Source of the DNA: Styela clava
Taxonomy: Eukaryota
Assembly (NCBI RefSeq): GCF_964204865.1
Contig: NC_135252.1
Span: 9,238,001-9,302,000 of the forward strand
Length of the DNA stretch: 64,000 nucleotides
Reading direction: 5' to 3'
Numbering within the stretch: the stretch's first letter is position 1; the number at the start of each line of letters is the position of its first letter. The notes under the pieces are model-generated. The model was not told the origin of the DNA, ran no database searches, and worked only from the letters and a program-made list of their open reading frames with translations. Both the position numbers and the translations under genes were made by a program. This document shows positions 25,155 through 37,354 of this stretch, in pieces.

Positions 25155-25802
25155 ATGAGTTCATCAGAAGAGGTGTCATGGATATCATGGTTTTGTGGAC
25201 TGAGAGGAAATGAGTTTTTTTGTGAAGTAGATGAGGATTACATACAGGATAAATTCAATTTAACTGGTCTAAATGAACAAGTTCCACATTATCGACAAGC
25301 ACTTGATATGATCTTGGATTTGGAACCTGATGATGACTTGGAAGACAACCCAAACCAATCAGATCTTATAGAACAAGCTGCTGAAATGTTGTATGGTTTG
25401 ATTCATGCAAGATATATCTTGACGAATCGTGGAATTGCACAGATGCTTGAAAAGTATCAACAAGGAGATTTTGGTCATTGTTCGAGAGTGTATTGTGAAA
25501 ATCAGCCAATGTTGCCTATTGGACTATCAGATGTACCAGGCGAGGCTATGGTAAAGCTTTACTGCCCCAAGTGTTTAGATGTGTATACTCCGAAGTCCTC
25601 GCGCCATCACCACACAGATGGTGCCTACTTTGGAACAGGATTCCCACATATGCTTTTTATGGTTCACCCTGAATATCGTCCAAAGCGTCCAGTAAACCAA
25701 TTCACACCCAGGCTCTTTGGCTTCAAGATTCACGCCATGGCTTATCAGTTGCAGTACCAAGCCGCACAGACTTTCAAAAACCCAACCAAACTTCGTCATT
25801 AA
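25155..25802 (+). CDS. CSNK2B: Casein kinase II regulatory subunit beta (215 aa), intronless CDS
   Basis: [39 protein letters not shown]..., acidic loop, zinc finger CSRVYC...CPKC and [19 protein letters not shown]; same length as the vertebrate protein; splice acceptor CACAG at ~25094 upstream. Confidence 0.99.
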   Translation: MSSSEEVSWISWFCGLRGNEFFCEVDEDYIQDKFNLTGLNEQVPHYRQALDMILDLEPDDDLEDNPNQSDLIEQAAEMLYGLIHARYILTNRGIAQMLEKYQQGDFGHCSRVYCENQPMLPIGLSDVPGEAMVKLYCPKCLDVYTPKSSRHHHTDGAYFGTGFPHMLFMVHPEYRPKRPVNQFTPRLFGFKIHAMAYQLQYQAAQTFKNPTKLRH

Positions 25803-26370
25803 TTTGTACATATTATGTCTCACAAACCCCTGTTTATTTGTATTATATGTCAAGTATGGTTTCCATGGTGTCATTGTTAACATCTGTATAGCCTTTAACT
25901 TTTCATGTCGCTTGTCACACAGTAATTTTCTATAAAATTTGATAGATAGAGCATGGTATGTCTGAACCCAGTGAGCCCCATTCGGCAGACATGAAAAAGT
26001 GGTTTTATTCAACGAGAGAATTACAGGTTGTACTATTACAATAATGAGAACACGCAGTAATGAATATTTTTTTAACGGAATGAATTCTTGTATTGTGTTA
26101 TGCTTACAATGTTGACAATTGTACTTTTTAAACTTTTCAATTCCGGATTAGCCTTCCTGCCTCAGATCAATTAACGTTAGGCGCACACCTGTATGTATTA
26201 TGTTAATTTGTGGAATAATTACACCTTACAATGATAGCGATGTAATTTGTCAGTAATTGTCTGTGAATTATATATAAAATTATGATATGGCTATTTGAGT
26301 ACTGTTCCTTTGTTGTTTAGCTACTAATATAAAGGTTTCATAAGGTAGCTCAAAATCTGTTCAATTTGTA

Positions 26371-29300
26371 ATGTCAACTGCTTCACATTGTCATGTTGTC
26401 ATTGCATCGGCTGGGAATGGTACACGCTTTCAATCTGTGATTCCAAAGCAGTTCCATAAGATCAAGGGTCAAGCGATCATCTCCCATACGGTTGAAAAGT
26501 TTGGAAGGTAAATTTCAATTTGAATGCATTGAGCACTATACTGGTTTATAGTAGCAAAGAAAACAATTGTATACTATATATTGAAGATCAATATGGAGTT
26601 CAGTAAAACTAGTGTGAAAACTGGAAAGACTCTTGTCTTGTCGACACTTCACTCCAGTCCATATTATAGCAAATGGCGGATAAATCGTACAAAATAGACT
26701 TCAATTAATTCCCAGTTCTATGACATTGTAATTTCCTACCCCATAATTCATGTGTTGATCGCTACCACAGAACCATGTGGCAAAACTTATTCGTAGCTTT
26801 TGTGAACTGATCATTGAAATACCTCAATTGCTTTTTACAAGGTATTTTCACACAAAAGATAGATAATTTCATACTTGACATTATTAATCAGTACTAGTTA
26901 CCTAGGTTCTTGCCAGAATTCCATATGAATCGACTGGTTAATTCACTTTTGTAAATTACATTTTCATAAAAACAAATTTGTTCAACATAATGAGGCATTC
27001 AAATCTATTCATACGAATTATTTAAATAATTGAAGATCAATATGTATTCAAAAATTTCTGTGACAAAATATAGTTAATAATGGAATCAATTTCAGCTAAA
27101 TATTAATATCATCGTATACACATGAAATTGATCAAATGCAGACAGGTATTATTTGAGATGAAATTAATATTTCTCATCTGGTCCACTTATAGGGTATCTT
27201 GTGTGAAGAATATTGTTGTTGTTGCACCAGAATCAGAGGAACTCATGATGAAAATGAAAGAAGTGTTACAAAGACAGAGAACTGAATCTAATAAAATTAT
27301 AATCACTTCTGGGGGGAAGTCCAGACATAAGTCAGTTGAAAATTATTTTGTATCAATGCTACATGGCTAATCTTATGTAGAGTATCTATTCTAGAGTTAC
27401 TTGTTATTCCATATGTTCCATTACATGCCAGTGGTATTTGGAAATCCTGCGCTTTGGACAACACTTTAATTAAACACACACAGCCAGTGTACCAGCCCGA
27501 ATATCTAAGACGCAAAAGAAACAGCTCAATTAATTCTATTGCAAAAATATCGTAAGACCCAAAATTAATTTGCTACTTGAAAAGTATATTAATTTTACTG
27601 AATTCTAAATTTGTTATTTCCACAACTTTATTAAACCAAACCACGTACATAAGAAACTTCTTAGTTAATATTGATCTTGGGTGGTAATTATTGCTATACT
27701 ATGGTTTCTCCCATTTAAATATAAGATTATCAAATAAGGATGGTCTGTTCGATTTATCAAACTCATTCAGTTCATATTTTGATTCGAAATTACAAGATTG
27801 ATGATAATTGAATTGCAGATCCATTTTCCAGGGACTGTTGCGCCTCAAAAATAAGTTGACAAAGGATTATTGTACACATGAAGAATGGCTAAATGAAATT
27901 GTTATAATACATGATGGAGTTCGCCCATTTGTTAACACTGATGACATAGAAAGGATCATAATTGCAGCCAAAAAGCATAAGGTCAGCAATTCGAGAATGG
28001 AGTCGAAGCGCGCATTCATGTTCTTTTCGTTGAGAGTAGAAAAAAATGGTGTTATTTGATATATGCCTGTTTTGAACAAATATAAATTATAATCACAACA
28101 ATAGTTCGTATATACAAGAAAGTTTGCTTAAAGCAAAGGTCAAATATCATTTAACCATGAGTATAATGGGATACCCACAAAATCGGATGGATAAATCATA
28201 CATAACTACGTGTCACGTTATCATATGATACTAACCAAAAACTCCAATTAAAATAGGAAATCTAATCTTTTAGTATATTATTTATTATCAGGCCGCAGGT
28301 TTAGTCAAGCCATTGGTTTCAACGGTACTAAAGCCGAATTCCGATGATGTTCTTGAGCTAAGCCTAGACAGATCGTTATACTGGTCTAGTGAAATGCCTC
28401 AGGCTTTTCATTTAGGAGTAATTTTGCAGGCATATGAAAAGGTATGTTTAATTGGTTAATTAATGTCTGACTTTTCAGGAAGCTAAATACCTCATATAAT
28501 TTCTTCCAGTGTTCTGAATATGATTTTGAAAATGGAACTGAATGTTTACATATTGCTCAAAAATATGGATCGGTGTGCGCTAAATTATTAAAAGGTGATT
28601 CAAACAGATTATGGAAAATAACACTTCAACGAGATATAGCTGCTGCTGAAGCATTATTAAATGGTATATATTGGTAAATGTTATTTGTTGGAAGGGTGTT
28701 GTTTGGAAAAAGATTCGACATCTTTAAATTTTTTCAGGTTATGAAAACATGTTACTCGTTCTCCCAAATAACATTGCCCTCAGGCAGAATGTGTCTTCAA
28801 CCTTTGGTGAGAAATAAAATAAAGCGATGTTATAACGTCGATACTTTTGATTTAAAATGTCTAATCTTTATTTATTCTGTATTTCAAAGGTGGTATATCA
28901 GTTTGTTGTATCAAGGAAGTTGATGAACTTATTTTGAAAAATATGCAAATATTTTGGTTGTTGAATATTATTGATGATCTTTTACCCAACATGGAACATG
29001 TTATAAATATACTTCATAGTCACAAAAAGTAGGTACTGCTTCCAGCAATTCTTGAAATCTCCTTGCAAAAGGTACGAAAATTTCAACGCTTTGCCCAATA
29101 ATTTTTTTGTCAAACTCCTAAATTTATTTATATGTCCACAAACCAAGAATGTTTGTTAATGGTAATGTTCGACTCAAATTGAGTCTAATCCAGATGTGTT
29201 GGATCTTCAAATAAATAGTTTTGATTCCATATGAAAAAGACTTTAATTGGTTCGACTCCAGTTAATTTTATATATTAAAGAAGACCAACTCACCAGCTTT

Positions 29301-29999
29301 AATATTGTACCCCCATTGGCAAATGATTAGAATCAGATTGTCCTCGTTTTTGTAGATGACCAGTGAAATGAAATTTATGGATGTACTAATTCATCTCTTT
29401 CATTGAAAAATTACTTTATATCCAATGCATAATGATATAGTCATCATTAACATTGTTATTATACACAAATTTGGTTGCAGGTCTTGCCACCTCATCATCT
29501 TTCTTATTGATTCTGAACCACTCACAGTCGATGATAACACCAGACTAAAGTATTGGGATTCTTGTCATCAGCTATTAAAATTTGATGTCTTGACACAATT
29601 GGTTGTTAAAAAAGATCTATTAAACAAAGGTTAGCTTTTTCAATTTTAAAAGCCTCTGTCAACCAACTATCTGATATTTCTTTACGCTGTTGGCAAATTG
29701 TTATTGTAGTAAGATAATTGGTTGATAGCAGAAGGTGTAACTAGTATTTTTGAAGTAAATACCCCACTGTCATTGGTATACACAATAAATAATAGCAAGC
29801 AGGTTGTGTATGAATGTTCACTCTGTAGGGATAGAAAAGGTAGCTTGTCGCCTTGTTAATCCATGTATATTTCCTTCAGTTCAATTCAAAATGCTTGGAA
29901 CTAACATATTAACAATTTTCATGTTTAGGAATGGAGGAGTTACTTTCCCTTCAAACAACTGTTGAAAAACTGCCACCTGGACAAATTCTATACTTCTAA
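26371..29999 (+). CDS. CRPPA: D-ribitol-5-phosphate cytidylyltransferase (ISPD/CRPPA)
   Basis: Nine exons, approximately 26371-26507, 27193-27330, 27819-27981, 28292-28441, 28510-28663, 28738-28807, 28890-29028, 29481-29629, 29929-29999. Motifs IASAGNGTRF..PKQF, GGKSRHKSIFQGL, IHDGVRPF, PLVSTV, SEMPQAF, GTECL and LWKITLQRD match the IspD/CRPPA family; AATAAA at ~30082. The last four exons are less certain. Confidence 0.92.
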
Positions 30000-31322
30000 G
30001 AATGCTACAATATTGCACATTTTTTTACTTCCTATTATACCACACTAACCAGAATATGCACTCAACCTGCTACATTTTTGCAATAAAATGTCTGTTATTT
30101 GAACTCCACAGTTATACTAAGTTTTGAGAGGTATGTAGAGTCAAATGCGACTTGATGGTCAATTTTTATATCTGAACATCTCATTAAACACAAATAGGAA
30201 TGCCTGGCGTGGCAGCACTTGAAGGATGAAAAAATTCAAGACTACAAATAGGACTTGAAATTTTGTATCTTGACTAGTAGAGACCTGATGAAAAGTCCCG
30301 TCAAATTGTTGCTTGTTAGGGGGCTTCACTTGGGATAGGATGACCCACATCACCATAGAATAAGTTTACTGGGGTGACGATAGAAGGAAGACATGATTAG
30401 GGATGTACGTTTCGAAATTTGATTCCCGAATAAGGATAACATCACACTATAGTTAACTTTCTTCAAATTTGGAAAAACTGTAGCGTAAATTGTGATTGAA
30501 TAAAAGTAATAAACTTGAAGAATTAAGTTAATATAAATAAATGGATGAATCAAGTACCCAATACAACAGAGAAATATGTATGCAAATGCATATTTACTTA
30601 TTACATGAATTTATGTTTGCAAACAATACCGGATGTATGGTGTTAGTCTTCAAAATGCATACGAATGATGAATGCCAGTGAAATGAGCATTAGAACGGTT
30701 TGCGCCCTAATTCAATAAAAGGAAACGATGGTGAGGGAAGTATAACAAATCCATGTTTTTAAAAGAAATTATGTCATTATTATAATAACATTATATAGGT
30801 CATTTATCTATATAATTAGGTACATATCTGTAAAACTTCCTAACATTTCAAGAAGGCGAAAAAAAAGATAAGCGAAACTATTGATTCCACTAAGGCCGTG
30901 CCTATGTGAAATATAACAACCCCCTGGACTGTTAAGACTTGGAAAAGCTGTAAAGCCAATAATCGCCTTTAGTCAATGTCGAGACAATGCCGCTGTGTCG
31001 TGCAATCACCTGGTGTTATATATATTTATTTTTAAACGAGGCCATTGTTTTCGGTAATTGCTTCGAAACGACATTTGATTCGAAATTCTGAAACTTATTT
31101 CCCTAGACATGATACGAGGTTATGTAAATAACTTGCCCGCATGTTGCATTTCACAATAGGAAAATTGTTCTAGGGAACATTGTACAAACACACAGAGCAG
31201 AAACGATGTATACAATTGTAAAGTTTTATTGAATTATAACACCAACACTTGAAGACAGTGAATTTATTTGTAATAGTGTAGAAACAATTGCATACTATGG
31301 ATAGGTAAAATAATTAAACTAC

Positions 31323-31636
31323 AGTGAACACAAATACTAAAACAATGTTATGTCTGAAGAGGTTTTGCAAACCTTGGAGTGATATAAAAATCATTGGTAT
31401 CACCACTATAAAAATCCGTGATTCGGTGTGAGTAAAACTTTTGATATGAGATATCTGTAGTAGTTGTTTTTTAATATCCATAATTAAACTTCAGTAGTGA
31501 ATAAACATGCTGAAAACAATGCTTGTCTGAAAGTGTTTTAGAAACCTCTAAATGATATAAAAATCATTGGTAACACCATTTAAGAAAACCATGATTAGAA
31601 TTTGAAACTTTTGATTTGAGATATCTGTGGTAGTTG
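31323..31636. repeat. Diverged direct duplication (~173-bp period) just 3' of membrane-protein paralog D
   Basis: Units ~31323-31466 and ~31496-31636 share AAAACAATG..TGTCTGAA, GATATAAAAATCATTGGTA.CACCA and AAACTTTTGAT.TGAGATATCTGT.GTAGTTG. Confidence 0.75.
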
Positions 31637-31667
31637 CTTCATAAACAAAAAGATAGGAAAAATTAAT

Positions 31668-34577
31668 TTAGTCCTGTTTATATCCAGCCTGCAGTATTCC
31701 CATGAAGGCATTCATAGCGAGCAATCCAGTCACACAGAGATAACATATGATGCATGCTGATCCAGACCAAGCATTCCACAATATAAAGGCGGATGCAGGA
31801 ACATAAATCTTAAACAGAAAAATTGGAGGATGTTATTTTTCTCGGGCTTCCGAAACTGACAATTGGTATTAAAACCACCATAGGAAGATAATTTTGCAAT
31901 AATATTAATAACAGCAGTTAATTTTTATCTAGCTGAGTGGTTTCCAACCTCTTCAATATAATTGCAAAGATGTTATAGGTTATTGCTGATTTGGCCGCAC
32001 CTTGTCGTACACATTTATTCATATGCAGCATGAAGCATTGTGACAAGATATTATATTGTCGGTGCATTGAAAAAGCTAATTGTCCATGTGATGAAATGTC
32101 TGTATACGATTCTCAAAAATATTTAAGCAGTCGGTTTAAACTAAGTTTTGTAGAGAAGCTAATTTAATACAGGGACTGCAAGAATTAGGTGGTTCAAAAC
32201 TCCCCTTATAAAGCAAAGCTATTCAGTTTCAGAGTGAAGCCGTGTGTTAAGCGGAGCTATGCATAGTCAAAATAACTCACAAACAGGTGGAGTTGATTTC
32301 ATAGTTACCAAGAATCTCACCACTAGTTTTGACTTGAGAATGGATGCTACATCTTTATTCTTCTTGTAGCATAGAGAGGAAAGAGAAAGCAATGATCCTG
32401 CTAGAAGTTGAAATCCAAATGATCTCATGAAAACTTGACATACATCCGTGACTGGTGTGCTGAGGTTCTAAATAAGGAATATCGTTTCATTATGAAATTT
32501 GACCATTAAGAGAACAGTTATAATTTTGATACTCCCGTAGGGTTAGGTCATAATTTTATTTCGGTTTTCCCTATTTTATTTCTATTACAAGTTCTGGGAC
32601 TGTCTGTGTAAGCCAAGTGAATATACCCCCTGCCCATAGGCTTCAGTCCATTTACACAACTTGATGTAGGCGAACAAAATTATTCACCTCCATATTGGTA
32701 CACACACTTCTGGAACGCACTTCTACTTTGGTGTGGGATGTGGATGTGTAAATCAAACATAATGTTATGGTTATGACTCATTTTGCTAGTATGATTATTT
32801 TCAAGCCTTTGCCTCAAACAAGGCTTTATTCTAGTAGACATATATACTTGAATGAGTGTGAATGTTCAGATGTCACTGAATGGACAAAACCATAAAGTGG
32901 TTGTGGTCAAAACGGATGTTGTTTCTGTTGCATATCCTTAAACTAAACAACCTTGATTAGAAGTATTCCTAAATTACCAGAACTCATTCTGAAAGAATAT
33001 ACCGTACTAAGTTTTTATAATATTGAATGCTATTCACTTTTAAAATCATACCAGGGGTCCTGCCAGAATGCTTGGAAATCCCAGTAATATTACTCCCAAG
33101 AGAAATGTTCCCAAAGCATCAACGACGACATGGAATCTCACTGAATCACCAAATATCAGTGTACCATCTTTTGTGGTAATTTTCCTCATATGAACAAAGT
33201 CTCCCACCATTAGCAATGAGAGAAACACGTAGTCGAATTTCAAAGCAAGCTGTAAACAAAAGGATATGATTCATTATACATTCACAATGCATTATACAAC
33301 ATTTAGCAAAATAAATTTTTCTTACTGGAGACAAGCTTTTCACATACAGCATGGCATAAACTGCAGATAGAAGAAGCCCTCCACGACTCTGTCAAAAAGA
33401 AAATATTTGAACTGACTGTTGATATGCACTTTGAAATTGGTGAATTAAATAGACAAAAGCAGACAGGATTGCCTACTGGTTACCATATCGTATTCAAGAT
33501 TTATTTCATCCATGTGTGGGACATCTTATACAAAGGCTAAAGCTTTAGTTTACAAAGGTCGATACATTTTCCTGTTATGACTCGAAGTACAATATCTTAG
33601 GACACATAAATAGTAACTACTAAGTTAATTTTAAAGAAAAAAATGTCCAACATTATCAAAAATCCACAGCTGGATGGTTGTTTGATATTGAAATAGATTT
33701 ACTTTTGATCTATTGTCAAATTGGATCGCCTCAGATTCAAAATTTACCAATAAAAACTCACCAAAATATTCGTAATGATGAGGGAACAATCGATTACGGA
33801 ATCAGATGAGTCATCCGTGAGGAAAAATGCAAATGCTTGTACCGCCATGGCCAGTAACATCAGCTGAAGTAAATGTTTTGTCAACGAATCGCCTTCAGCT
33901 CCATTCAGCTGAAAAATGATTGGTGAGAATTTTTAAATGGGTATTTAAAGGACTGTAAATGACAAAATAAACTTATTCAAACTCAGAATAATACAATTTT
34001 ACAGAGACTTTCGAGTTAATTCCATATCAAATTACTAAAGCTGTCACACCTTTCATAATTATAATCACACTATCAGAACTCTACTGACAGAGTACTCACT
34101 ATGTAGATAACATATATCAAGAGCATATAATATAAACAATGTATAATCAAACTAAAAAATTAGAATGGAATGTGTATTATGTCTTTCTTGGCAAATTGTT
34201 CTGTTAAATTTATAATTTTTTTACTAAGCTTGTCGCATACTGGATGTGAAAATTAAAAAGCTCAGAAACTCAGTTGGGTGGATATAGTACAATAAATCAG
34301 ATACACAAAGTCTGTCAAAAATCTAGAAAATACATTGATAGAATAAGATGAAATTCCAACCTACCCAAATTGAGAGAAGGTTGTTTGCATATGGAAGTGA
34401 AACGATGTAGCAAACTCCCAAAGACATTTCCAAATTCCTCCATTTTGTCCGATCAAATAGTAGAATGAGGTAAAATATCATAATTGGAATGAAAAGTATA
34501 AGACCAACTACTGGATGGCTTTGTAGGAACTCCAAAGCATATGCCATCACGGGTGATGTTTCAGTTATATTCACCAT
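31668..34577 (-). CDS. Uncharacterised multi-pass membrane protein, paralog D (~302 aa)
   Basis: Exons 34577-34365, 33908-33762, 33388-33326, 33249-33052, 32467-32321, 31808-31668; all introns GT-AG phase 0; open frame ending GYKQD*; homologous exon by exon to paralogs A-C. Confidence 0.85.
32528..32719. mobile_element. MITE copy (10059 family), degenerate ends
   Basis: Shares ACTCCCGTAG, GGGTTAGG.CATAATTT, TTCTATTAC.AGTTC.GGGACTGTC and CCTCCATATTGGTACACACACTTCTGG with 10059-10252. Confidence 0.8.
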
Positions 34578-37354
34578 TATTCTTAGGCTATTAGATCAAC
34601 AAACTAGATAACAATGATATATTTTAGATATGAAAGCATATTATATTATACTTTAAAATGAAATGTGCATAAGACATAATGGATTTTCAAAGTGCAAAAA
34701 ACATGCATAAAATGGAAGCAAAAAATAAAATTGCTTATATCGGATAATTTTTTTCCGTATTAATCTACTAAATCATAACATTTTAATATTATTTTAAACC
34801 AATTTTGATATGGAAATGCATTTATCAAATTATTTCTAACTGACAGTAATCAGGCATTCAGTTCGAGATTTTATAGTAGAAACATCAGCCGGTTCAGGAC
34901 ATCATACATTTTGATTAACTTAATAACAATACAAGGTTTATGGTTACTTCACAGTTATGCAGTTTTGAAATTGAACAGATTGTTATTTTCCAATATGAGT
35001 TACCAGCATCTTATGTTTCTATCGAAAATATCATGTTTTATAAAACAACACATTAAACTTCGGAACACTTCCTGATTTCTGAGCCGAACAATGATTTTCA
35101 TTTGATTTTGATATAAAAAATCTCAAATTCTTAATAACGAGAATATTTTTATAAACAGGCAGTAAAGAAATGAGTTCATGAAATTCAGCAATTGAATAAG
35201 TTTAGTGGCCATTTATACTGACCAAATTGAATACTTCAGACAAAAATTAGGGCAGTTCCAAGTTGAAGGAAAAAGTACAAAGCTACTGAGAGCAGTTACA
35301 CCAACCACATACTATTCCTGATTATCAATAAACTTTCGAATGAGTGTTTTGGTAATAGGCGTGCGCAATCAACAAAGCTTTCATCTTTTGAATAATAACT
35401 AGTAGCTATTAATAATTCTTCAATTCATTATTCCAAATTGAAACACTATCCATCGATAATGTTTGCAGAAAGAAAAGAAAAGTACAATTAATTATAACAA
35501 ACTATATATTATAGTTAAGAAGAAAAGACAGGATTGATCCACTTCGCAACACAGTTCATCCGCGGGGATAAATATTAGCTAGGTAGAAAAACAATCAATG
35601 AGGTAATCTTGGCTAAATTCAATTATGGTAGTTAATATAGAACAATACTGATATTCATTAGAAACATTTGTAAAATCAGAAATAGATGGAAAAGTAGATT
35701 GTTCAATATATTAAATTAAAAGCATATTTCATAGAAAGTGCGAAAATCAATCATTTACAGAGCCTATAATTCATTTCTAGAGGAAGAAGGTGTTTGTTTT
35801 TTTAAATGAAATTGAAAATGTTGACTGATTATATGGTGCAATAATTTTTCTCAATACTCCTTCTATATTGTATGTAAAATATTTTTGGAAGAAAAGAGAT
35901 TTCACTTTTAGAAATGTTGTACCATCTTTAAAATAACTTGTTCGAGCATTCAACTTTATCAAGTTTAGTGAAAAGTATATGCCGAAATTGCACTCAATTC
36001 TTTATATATGTTTGAGTAACACTTGAACATGGATTGTCAATACAAAATATGACAGAAAATCCGAACTGATGAATATATAGTATAAATGAAATTTACACAC
36101 AATCTTAATTCAAATTTATTGTTGTTATGAAGCAGTTTATTCATATCTTCAATAATAAGATTGAATTCTATTAATATTATTCGAAACGGCCACAGTCAAG
36201 TGAGATGATTTAAACACATATTTCAATAATGGTTATATTTTCAACATTATACCAAAAAACTAACACAGTCAAGGAAGATGATTTAAACACAAATTATCTT
36301 TAACACTGTAGACATTAGTGACTCACAGATAAAGTTATTCACAGAACTAATTAATAGAAAATAACATTAAATTCTATCATTGCATGGATATGTATGAACT
36401 TTATGACAGTGATTATATTATTACAAGTGAAATGATAAATTGCGGCAATAAAATTAATGAAATTAAATAGGACAAGATATGACAGTGCATTAAAACTTCA
36501 TGTGGTACCGTATTTCTGGTGCAAAAACTGCACATAATATAAATAGATTATTAATAGGGGTGCCATTTCCAGATACCATATGTTTTTGCATTATTTAATT
36601 GTGGATTGGATTATGGCTTGAACAGTATTTGATTCCAAAAGTTAATTATAAACATACATATTTTCTATAAATCTTACAAATACAAGAAGTGTTCAACAAA
36701 ATTTTGAGTATCAAATCATTATAAATCTGAGAATGGCAACCTCAATTAAAAACAACATGATTAAATAAAATACAAACATTACCATAGTTATATTTCAAGA
36801 TACTGTATAATGAGCTGGTAATAAATTTTTATTTTATAATTATATCAAATTTTCAGAAATTCTGATGTGAAACACTCATATATGAGCATACCATACAATG
36901 AAATGTATAACTTTAAATAGTATTATATTTGTGGTTAAAAGTAAATGAAGTGCAAGTAGTGATAATTCCAATTGAATATTCAGGAACAAATTGTTTCGAT
37001 AATTATGGTTCTACAAAATGAAAAGAAATTCAAATTTATTTCATTTATATATTTTCATGTATGAATGATATACTTTGACTGTAATTTAGCATAGTGTCAC
37101 AGATGAATGAGAAATTGTGAAAAAAAAATTCCGAAATCATTTTCTGAAATAGTTGAGGAAATCAGAATTCAAGAAAACTTTTCCTTTCAGATATTGTGAG
37201 ACACTTCTACAACTATTGATACTATTATTCATTTTTTGCAACAAGAAAGAGCATGTGAGGAACAAAACACGGATACATTATTACTGGAAGAGACTAAAAT
37301 TCTAAAACATCAATTCCTGGGATGAGCATTTAACAATTCTGATGCTTGATTTCT

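Noticed and set aside
25575-26012. 145-aa antisense ORF over CK2beta
   Set aside because: Shadow of the conserved plus-strand CDS; no recognisable motifs.
26371-29999. Bacterial ispD horizontal transfer or MEP pathway gene
   Set aside because: Intron-rich, with animal CRPPA-type motifs (PLVSTV, SEMPQAF, GTECL) and a C-terminal extension; an ordinary metazoan gene.
30641-30655. 15-bp inverted match to the sequence at the CK2beta start (TTTTGAAGACTAACA, 25141-25155)
   Set aside because: A match this short is expected by chance in 64 kb of AT-rich DNA.
30630-30710. Remnant exon of a fifth membrane-protein paralog
   Set aside because: Only a vague likeness to exon 3, it needs a frameshift, and no other exons were found nearby.
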